Source: an uncultured Bryobacterales bacterium
GTDB taxonomy: Bacteria; Acidobacteriota; Terriglobia; Bryobacterales; UBA6623
Direction of reading: 5' to 3'
Length of the DNA: 42,512 nt
Assembly: GCA_964405625.1 (NCBI GenBank)
Contig: CAYOPA010000001.1
Location: forward strand, 235 to 42,746
Position 1 is the first letter of the stretch. Each line of letters opens with the position of its first letter. Shown here piece by piece: positions 36,474-42,512 of the stretch. The translations under genes were made by a program, and so were the position numbers. The notes under the pieces were generated by a model. It did no database searches and was not told where the DNA came from. It saw nothing but the letters and a program-made list of their open reading frames with translations.

Positions 36474-37802
36474 TTGGCAAAGTCGTGGACCCTGAATCGT
36501 AGAACCTTCCTGCATGGGACCGGGGTGTCGTTGGCGCTGCCGTTCCTGGAAGCGATGGCGGGCGAAACAAAGCCTGTCCAGCCCAAGCGGTTTTGCGCCA
36601 TTTACTTCCCCTACGGCATCGTGGCGCGCGGCGAGGATTCGCCGGTGGCGCAGTGGAACTGGTTCCCGCAGGGGCAGGGACGCGATTTCCGATTCGGCCC
36701 GAGCCTGAAGGCGCTGGAGCCCCTGCGCCAGGATCTTACGATACTTGGCGGCCTGTCGCACCCCAAGGGCCGCAAGATGGGCGGGCACGACACGGCTGAC
36801 AACTGGCTGACCTCCACCGAGCTCAAAGCCGGCCACCTGGATAACACGGTTTCGCTCGATCAGGTTCTGGCGCAACGCTTTGGCGAGCAGACGCGCTATT
36901 CGTCGCTCGTGATTTCGACCGACGGCGGCGTGGGAGAGCCGACCCGTTCGAGCACGCTGTCGTTTAGTCGGACTGGTCAGCCGATCCCAGCCGAGCGCCA
37001 GCCGCGGCTGATCTTTGAGAGGCTGTTCGGCGCGAATTCCGCCTCGATGGCGGCGCAGCGGCAGGAGCTCAACAACTCGGCCAGTATGTTGGATCTGGTT
37101 TTGGAGCAATCCAACGCGTTGCGCGGCCGGCTGGGCAAAGTCGATCAGCAAAAGCTCGATGAGTACCTGAGCTCGGTGCGGCAGATTGAGCAGCGTGTGG
37201 AGCGCGCCGAACGCTGGCTGGATGTTCCCAAGCCCTCCGTGGACGCTTCCGGGCTTCACCTGGAGGCCGACGACACCACGCCGCGCGAGCTGATCCGGAC
37301 GATGTACGACCTGATCTATCTGGCCTTCCAGACGGATTCGACGCGCTTGGCCACCTACCAGCTCGGCAACATGAACGGGGCGACCTCGATTGCCGGCAAG
37401 TTCCCGCAACTGCTGGGCCTGGCGGATACCATGCACACGCTGGCGCACGACGCTCGCAAGGGCGACGCCGGCGCCGAGCCGCTGGGACGCTGGACGATGT
37501 TCCTGACCGAGCAGCTCGCCTACTTCATCCAGCGGCTGCGGGATACGCCGGACGGCGACGGCTCGCTGCTGGACTCGACGGCGGTGCTCTACGGCAGCAG
37601 CAATAGCCAGACCCATGTGAACGAGGACTACCCGCTGGCGCTGGCCGGCGGGCGGGCGCTGGGCTTCAACCACGGGCGCTACCTGCGCTTTGGCGAAGAG
37701 GTCCCGTTGTCAAACCTGTTCGTGACGTTGCTCGACCGGCTGGGCGCCCGCGAAGAGTCCTTTGGGGACAGCACCGGCGAGCTGACCGACGTCTTGGTCT
37801 GA
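36474..37802 (+). CDS. DUF1552 protein with Tat-like signal
   Basis: N-terminus LNRRTFLHGTGVSLALPFLEAMA is typical of DUF1552. GGLSHPKGRKMGGHDTADNWLT segment. TTG start, with AGGAG 10 nt upstream. This is the expected partner of the upstream DUF1592-type gene. Confidence 0.85.
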   Translation: MAKSWTLNRRTFLHGTGVSLALPFLEAMAGETKPVQPKRFCAIYFPYGIVARGEDSPVAQWNWFPQGQGRDFRFGPSLKALEPLRQDLTILGGLSHPKGRKMGGHDTADNWLTSTELKAGHLDNTVSLDQVLAQRFGEQTRYSSLVISTDGGVGEPTRSSTLSFSRTGQPIPAERQPRLIFERLFGANSASMAAQRQELNNSASMLDLVLEQSNALRGRLGKVDQQKLDEYLSSVRQIEQRVERAERWLDVPKPSVDASGLHLEADDTTPRELIRTMYDLIYLAFQTDSTRLATYQLGNMNGATSIAGKFPQLLGLADTMHTLAHDARKGDAGAEPLGRWTMFLTEQLAYFIQRLRDTPDGDGSLLDSTAVLYGSSNSQTHVNEDYPLALAGGRALGFNHGRYLRFGEEVPLSNLFVTLLDRLGAREESFGDSTGELTDVLV

Positions 37803-37809
37803 GCCTCTT

Positions 37810-38463
37810 TCAGCCTTTCTTGTTCCGGGGGGACTGCGTGAAAGCGCGCTGCGCCGCGCGCTCAAATTCGTCCAAGGCGTCGACGAAGAAGTGGTCCTTG
37901 GCCTCCACCCAGTCCAGGCGCTTCGGTCCGGACGCCGCCGCGAACACCTCTTCCATGCGCTCGCGCGAGCCGTGCTCGTCGTTGGTGGAGTGGATGAAAT
38001 GCTTCGGGGTGGGGCACTCGTTCAAGAATCCGAAGGTGGCGCGGTTCACCGGCGTCCCGGCGGCGATCACGGCCTCGATATCCGCGTCGGCGCAGGCGAC
38101 GCGCAGGCTCATGGAGGCGCCGAAGGAGAACCCGGCCAGCAGGAGCGGCAGGTCAGGGTAACGCTCGCGTAGGAAGCTCACCGCCGTGCGGACGTCGTCC
38201 TGCTCGCCATGTCCGTCGTCGTGCTTGCCGGAGCTTTGGCCCACGCCGCGAAAGTTAAAGCGCAACACCACGCTGCCCGCGTTGCGTGCGGCGCGGGCCA
38301 ACCGAAAGACCACCTTGTTGTGCAGCGTGCCGCCGAAGAGCGGATGGGGATGGCACACCACGGCGGCCCGCACGATCTCAATATCCTCGTCCGGCCCTTC
38401 GTGCAGCGCCTCCAGGCGGCCTGCCGGGCCGTCGAGGAAGAGGGTTTCCAGAATCCTCGCCAT
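37810..38463 (-). CDS. alpha/beta hydrolase (COG2945-like)
   Basis: VVCHPHPLFGGTLHNKVV...RFNFRGVGQSSG...LLAGFSFGASM (GxSxG-type elbow). About 217 aa. It lies 6 nt downstream of yajQ. Confidence 0.75.
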   Translation of the reverse strand: MARILETLFLDGPAGRLEALHEGPDEDIEIVRAAVVCHPHPLFGGTLHNKVVFRLARAARNAGSVVLRFNFRGVGQSSGKHDDGHGEQDDVRTAVSFLRERYPDLPLLLAGFSFGASMSLRVACADADIEAVIAAGTPVNRATFGFLNECPTPKHFIHSTNDEHGSRERMEEVFAAASGPKRLDWVEAKDHFFVDALDEFERAAQRAFTQSPRNKKG

Positions 38464-38469
38464 CAGAAC

Positions 38470-38967
38470 CTAGCGATAGTTAGTGAACTGCATGTCGATG
38501 TCGAGGTCGGCGCCGCGCAGCGAGGCCATCACGGCTTGCAAATCGTCGAGCTTGGGGCCGGTGACGCGCACCTGGTCGCCTTGAATGGAGGCTTGCACCT
38601 TCTTCAGCTTCAGGTCCTTGATGTACTTAACGATCTCTTTCGCCTTGTCGGTGGGGATGCCCTGCTGGAGCGAGATTTCCTGCACGACGCGGCCGCCGGA
38701 GGCCGGCTGAATCTTGCCGGGCGTCAGCGCCTTGATCGGCACCTTGCGCCGTACCAGCCGCTCTTGCAAGACCTCGTAAACCTGTTTGACGGTGTACTCG
38801 TCCTGCGAGCGGATCACCAGCTTGGGAGTGGATTCGTCGAGCTCGATCTCGGAATTGGTCGCCTTGAGGTCGTAGCGTTGCGCGACCTCCTTGTTGGTCT
38901 GGACGACGGCGTTCTTGACCTCAGGGAGCTCGAGCTCGGAAACGATGTCGAATGAATTCTGTGCCAT
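38470..38967 (-). CDS. yajQ: YajQ-family nucleotide (cyclic di-GMP)-binding protein
   Basis: N-terminus SFDIVSELELPEVKNAVVQTNKEVAQRYDLK. C-terminus DDLQAVMASLRGADLDIDMQFTNYR. Both match the UPF0234/YajQ family, as does the length of 165 aa. Confidence 0.88.
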   Translation of the reverse strand: MAQNSFDIVSELELPEVKNAVVQTNKEVAQRYDLKATNSEIELDESTPKLVIRSQDEYTVKQVYEVLQERLVRRKVPIKALTPGKIQPASGGRVVQEISLQQGIPTDKAKEIVKYIKDLKLKKVQASIQGDQVRVTGPKLDDLQAVMASLRGADLDIDMQFTNYR

Positions 38968-39043
38968 GGATTCCAGTTGGGCGGCGCGGTCAAGCGCCTA
39001 GCGTCCTGTCTTTGAAGTTTGTAAACAAACAAGGGGCGGTGCA

Positions 39044-39125
39044 GTATTAGCCCCGGGCTTCAGCCCGGGGGAGCTGAGAACACCGCGACGCCCTCTTACC
39101 CCGGGCTGAAGCCCGGGGCTAATAC
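39044..39125. repeat. nested palindromic intergenic element, family B
   Basis: Perfect 27-bp inverted arms: GTATTAGCCCCGGGCTTCAGCCCGGGG (39044-39070) and CCCCGGGCTGAAGCCCGGGGCTAATAC (39099-39125), separated by a 28-nt spacer. Each arm is itself an 8-bp hairpin (CCCCGGGC-NNNN-GCCCGGGG). It lies between the response-regulator stop and the yajQ start. Confidence 0.85.
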
Positions 39126-39220
39126 CTGCCGCGCGACTCTGACGCGAAAAGCCTTGCATGCTTGAGCTCCTCGGGCCCCTCTCACTCGCTCCTTGATACA
39201 CGGACTTCAGAGACAGGATA

Positions 39221-39985
39221 CTAGCGCGCCGCCGTCTCTTCGGTTTCGTGACGCTCGAGAACGCGCTGGGTGACGGCGTCGGCGAGCGTGGGCAATGCGG
39301 ACTCAAGGACCTCCAGCACGGCGGCTCGTACGGCGGCCGGATCAAGCTTCGGCGCGTTGTCGGGGCTATCCAGGGCCGACTGCACCAGCTCGTCGAAGGC
39401 CGCGTCAAACGGGTCGTCGGAGGCGGAGGCCGGAGGCGCGGGCTCCCGTTCTTCCGTGGCCGCAATCTCCGCGGGGACTTCAGCGGGCGCTTCGGCGATC
39501 GGCGTCGGCGCCTCCGCGGCCAGGGCCACGGCCTCGTCCATCACGGGCGGCTCGTCTGGCTGGATGGGCTCGCCGTGCTCGATCCGATCGTTCGCCGGTC
39601 CCGGCTTGCCGATCAACGAATGGACCGTTTCAATCAGCGAATAGGCGTCCAGCGGTTTGTGCAGCACCGCGTCGGAGCCCACGCGGGCGGCGTGGGCCGG
39701 GTCAAACGGCTCCAGCGGGCCCGCCAGCAGCACCACTTTCACCCCGGCTAGCTCGCCGGAGCCTCTGATGAACGCGCAAACCTCATAGCCGCTGGGACCG
39801 GGCATTCGCGTATCGAGCATGACCAGCGCGGGGCGGTTTTCCGCCAGATAAGCCAGCGCCTCGTCGCCGTTGGATGCGGTCTGCACCTCATGACCCTCCT
39901 GTTGAAGGATCTGTCGGCCCATGCGATGCGCATGAGGGTTATCGTCGGCGATCAGAATGAGGCTCACGGCGCGCTGCGCGACCAA
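39221..39985 (-). CDS. single-domain response regulator (receiver) with long acidic Pro/Ala-rich C-terminal tail
   Basis: Receiver motifs LILIADDNPHAHRMG...ALVMLDTRMPGPSGYEV...KVVLLAG...LHKPLD. The approx. 125-aa tail is rich in A/P/E/D, and no output domain is recognised. The start is TTG 39985 or GTG 39967. Confidence 0.8.
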   Translation of the reverse strand: MVAQRAVSLILIADDNPHAHRMGRQILQQEGHEVQTASNGDEALAYLAENRPALVMLDTRMPGPSGYEVCAFIRGSGELAGVKVVLLAGPLEPFDPAHAARVGSDAVLHKPLDAYSLIETVHSLIGKPGPANDRIEHGEPIQPDEPPVMDEAVALAAEAPTPIAEAPAEVPAEIAATEEREPAPPASASDDPFDAAFDELVQSALDSPDNAPKLDPAAVRAAVLEVLESALPTLADAVTQRVLERHETEETAAR

Positions 39986-40053
39986 CCCGGGGGGGCGTCG
40001 CGGCCTCTCATCTTAGCGCGATTACCCGCGAAAACGGAATGGGGTAAATCGGC

Positions 40054-41154
40054 TTATCGCGGGTCCGGCTGCGGTTGCTCCGGCTGCTGGCTGCGGCGGG
40101 CGTCCGGCTCGGTGTCGAGCTTGCTGTTGTCGCCGATCGGCTGGACGGAAACCTCGGCGCTCGGAGCCATGGTTCCGGAGACCTCCGCCGTCGGACGAAT
40201 GCCGGCGGGCGTGCTCGGCATCAGCGTCGTCATGGTGGGCTCGCCCATTTTGGCGGCCATGCGCAGGTCCGGGCTGGAGCCAAAAATCGTGATCGACTTT
40301 TTCAGAACGCCTTTCTCTTCAGCGCGGGCCATGTTGTAGCGCTGTACCTCGGCGGCCACCGGGTTGGTCGCGGGAATCTCGGCGTTCAGCTCTTGCAGGC
40401 GGGCGCGGGCGTCGTCGGCCCAATGGCTCAAGGGGTAGTCCCGGACGATGCGCTGGTAGGAATCGATCATCTGCTCTTCGAACTGTTCGCCCATCTTGCC
40501 ATAGGTGACGGCGAGCTCCCACAACGCTTCGTCGTTCCTGCTGAACAGCGGATAGTGATCTGACATCGCCTGCAAGCGATTCGCGCCCGAGCGGTAACTG
40601 CCCTTGGCGGTGTAGAACGAGCCGACGCGGTACTCGCCTTCGGCCAGCAGCTCCTGAACTTCCCGCAGCCGCTGTTTGGTCGGCTCGGCGAAGACGCTGT
40701 TCGGCCATTGCATTAGCAACTGCCGGCACTCCTGGTCGGCCATCACGGCGTGGGTGTTGTCACGGTCCGGCTTGACCATCTGCTCGAAGTGGATGTCGCA
40801 AACCTTCATCTGCGACTCCGCCGCCTCCTCCATCGTCGGGAAGAAGGTGATGAAGTCCTTGTACTCCGCCTCCGCCTGCGCCAGCGCGTGCCGGGTGCCC
40901 TCGCGATACCAGCTATCGGCGATGGCGAGCTTGGCCTTGGCCAGATACTCGCTGTCGGGATAGGTGTTGATCAGCGTGTTGAGCGTCAGGCGGCCGACGT
41001 CGTACTTATGTTTCTCGATGTCAAGGATGGCCTTGTCGAAGAGCACCTTGTCGGGCTGGGCGGAGTTGTTGCCGATGGGGTTGTCATACGGCGTCTTGCC
41101 GCAACCAACCAGCGCCGCCAGGGCGAAGACGAGAGACAGGTGACGATAGCTCAT
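40054..41154 (-). CDS. bamD: outer membrane protein assembly factor BamD-like TPR lipoprotein
   Basis: Lipoprotein signal MSYRHLSLVFALAALVGC (lipobox LVGC). BamD-like TPR region: YDVGRLTLNTLINTYPDSEYLAKAKLAIADSWYREG...AEYKDFITFFPT. An approx. 100-aa low-complexity C-terminal extension follows. I prefer ATG 41154 over the listed TTG 41163. Confidence 0.72.
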   Translation of the reverse strand: MSYRHLSLVFALAALVGCGKTPYDNPIGNNSAQPDKVLFDKAILDIEKHKYDVGRLTLNTLINTYPDSEYLAKAKLAIADSWYREGTRHALAQAEAEYKDFITFFPTMEEAAESQMKVCDIHFEQMVKPDRDNTHAVMADQECRQLLMQWPNSVFAEPTKQRLREVQELLAEGEYRVGSFYTAKGSYRSGANRLQAMSDHYPLFSRNDEALWELAVTYGKMGEQFEEQMIDSYQRIVRDYPLSHWADDARARLQELNAEIPATNPVAAEVQRYNMARAEEKGVLKKSITIFGSSPDLRMAAKMGEPTMTTLMPSTPAGIRPTAEVSGTMAPSAEVSVQPIGDNSKLDTEPDARRSQQPEQPQPDPR

Positions 41155-41179
41155 ACTTTGCAATGGACCTCGTGAGCCT

Positions 41180-41878
41180 TCAGACGCGCGTCAACCGCGC
41201 TTCATCGGCGAGCTTCTTCAATTCAACTACGGATCGGGTCGGGTCTGGGGTTCCAAAAATGCTGGAACCGGCTACCAGGATATCGGCGCCGGCGGCCGTG
41301 AGGGCGCCCGCGTTGTCGGCGCCGACCCCGCCGTCCACCTCGATCTTGAACTTGAATCCGCCCTGCTCGCGCAAATCCGCGAGCTCGCGGATCTTGTCGT
41401 AAGCCAAGGGCAGAAACTGCTGACCGCCGAAACCTGGGTTCACGCTCATCACCAGCACCAAGTCGACCAGGTCGAGCACATGCTCCAGCGAGCTCACCGG
41501 CGTCGCCGGGTTCAGCGCCACCCCGGCGCCGACCCCCTGGGAGCGAATGTTCTGCAGCGAGCGGTGCAGGTGCGGACAGGCTTCCTGATGAATCGTCACA
41601 ATCCCCGCGCCGGCCTCCACGAATGGAGCGACGAAGGCGTCCGGCTCCACGATCATCAGGTGGCAATCCAGCAGTAGCTTGGTCGCCTTGCGCAAGGACT
41701 CCACCACGGGAAGGCCGATGGAGATGTTCGGCACAAATCGGCCGTCCATCACATCCACGTGCAGCATCTCCACGCCCGCCCTTTCGACGGCGGATACAGC
41801 TTCGCCCAGGCGGGCGAAGTCCGCGGCGAGTATCGATGGAGCGATCTGCGTCAAAGGCCTTCGGCTGCTGTTCGCCAT
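41180..41878 (-). CDS. rpe: ribulose-phosphate 3-epimerase
   Basis: IAPSILAADFARLGE...HVDVMDGRFVPNISIG...DCHLMI...VMSVNPGFGGQ.F...VDGG. The start ATG overlaps the rdgB stop (TAATG). Confidence 0.93.
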   Translation of the reverse strand: MANSSRRPLTQIAPSILAADFARLGEAVSAVERAGVEMLHVDVMDGRFVPNISIGLPVVESLRKATKLLLDCHLMIVEPDAFVAPFVEAGAGIVTIHQEACPHLHRSLQNIRSQGVGAGVALNPATPVSSLEHVLDLVDLVLVMSVNPGFGGQQFLPLAYDKIRELADLREQGGFKFKIEVDGGVGADNAGALTAAGADILVAGSSIFGTPDPTRSVVELKKLADEARLTRV

Positions 41879-42480
41879 TATAGCGACCTGGGCGGATCGT
41901 TCAAAATCGCGCCCAGCATTGCACGGAAGGCTTTACCGCGATGGCTGTGCAGCCACTTGATCTCGGGCGGGGTTTCGGCAAAGGTCGCGCCGAGCTCGGG
42001 AAAGTGGAAATAGGGGTCGTACCCGAAGCCCCCGGAGCCCCTGGGCTCGTCCACGATCAGCCCTTCGGCTTCGCCTCGAAACGTCCCCAACAGGCGCTCG
42101 CCGCGCAGCAACGCGATCACGCAGACGTAGCGGGCGGAGCGTCCCGCGGCGGGCGCTCCGGCCAGCTTTTGCAGCAGCAGCGCGTTGTTGGCTGCGTCGT
42201 CGGCTCCAAGTCCGGCGAAGCGCGCCGAGTGGACGCCCGGGGCGCCGCCCAGCGCGTCAACTTCCAGCCCGGAGTCGTCGGCGAACAGCAAGGCTTCCGG
42301 GTCGCCCAAAGCGCGCGCATAGCAGCGCGCCTTCTGGACGGCGTTGGCCTCAAACGTTGATCCCGTCTCGGGGCAGTCGAACGGCCCGAACGGCCGCAGG
42401 TCAAACGCCGCGCCGGCGGCCTGTTGAAACTCGCGCAGCTTGCCGGGGTTGCCGGTGGCGCACCACAGCGTCGTCTTCAA
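41878..42480 (-). CDS. rdgB: non-canonical purine NTP pyrophosphatase (RdgB/HAM1 family)
   Basis: ATGNPGKLREF...ETGSTFEANA..KA...ADDSGLEVDALGGAPGVHSAR...PRGSGGFGYDP.F...FAE....K...SHRGKA. It uses a TTG start that overlaps the upstream stop (GTTGA). Confidence 0.9.
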   Translation of the reverse strand: MKTTLWCATGNPGKLREFQQAAGAAFDLRPFGPFDCPETGSTFEANAVQKARCYARALGDPEALLFADDSGLEVDALGGAPGVHSARFAGLGADDAANNALLLQKLAGAPAAGRSARYVCVIALLRGERLLGTFRGEAEGLIVDEPRGSGGFGYDPYFHFPELGATFAETPPEIKWLHSHRGKAFRAMLGAILNDPPRSL

Positions 42481-42512
42481 CGCGCGAGCGCCTCATTTTG
42501 ACCGGCGACCAA
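42477..42512 (-). CDS. 3' end of an upstream gene truncated by the window (possibly rph, by common rph-rdgB synteny)
   Basis: The open frame runs to the window edge and ends ...LVAGQNEALAR-TGA, overlapping the rdgB start. Eleven residues are too few to identify the family. The rph suggestion is synteny-based only. Confidence 0.3.
   Translation of the reverse strand: MVAGQNEALAR

Noticed and set aside
34007-36601. 864-aa ORF on the minus strand, antisense to the DUF1592-type gene
   Set aside because: The product is Arg/Ala/Gly/Pro-rich low complexity with no motifs. The plus-strand frame carries clear family signatures and a signal peptide. It is a typical high-GC shadow ORF.

Overview
GC-rich bacterial chromosomal segment, read by eye with no searches run. 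Family calls rest on motifs visible in the translations. Gene content points to an Acidobacteriota genome of the Solibacter/Bryobacter type. The evidence is an NHL/Ig-like giant protein ending in the Solibacter-type C-terminal domain (recalled as TIGR03437), plus PVC-type DUF1549/DUF1553-DUF1501 and DUF1592-DUF1552 gene pairs and several Tat-signal enzymes. I call about 36 protein-coding genes, two tRNAs (Val-GAC on +, Cys-GCA on -), three intrinsic terminators, a few candidate sigma70-like promoters and three nested-palindrome intergenic repeats (two of one family, one of another). I saw no rRNA, CRISPR array, transposase, integrase, phage or recognisable defence genes. Housekeeping genes include gnd, rpe, rdgB, yajQ, bamD and an MscS-type channel. 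The most interesting region is 27.8-37.8 kb. There two different haem-motif/Tat-protein pairs of unknown function sit back to back around a tandem pair of membrane-anchored bicupin paralogs that appear translationally coupled to the first pair. Other points worth a second look: a 1-nt frameshift splitting an approx. 1480-aa NHL-Ig surface protein; a pentahaem-TPR membrane cytochrome coupled to a CRTAC1/ASPIC-UnbV lipoprotein; a structured 99-nt palindromic element present twice with compensatory stem changes; an orphan plus-strand terminator; and a three-frame gene remnant. Many long antisense shadow ORFs typical of high-GC DNA were rejected.
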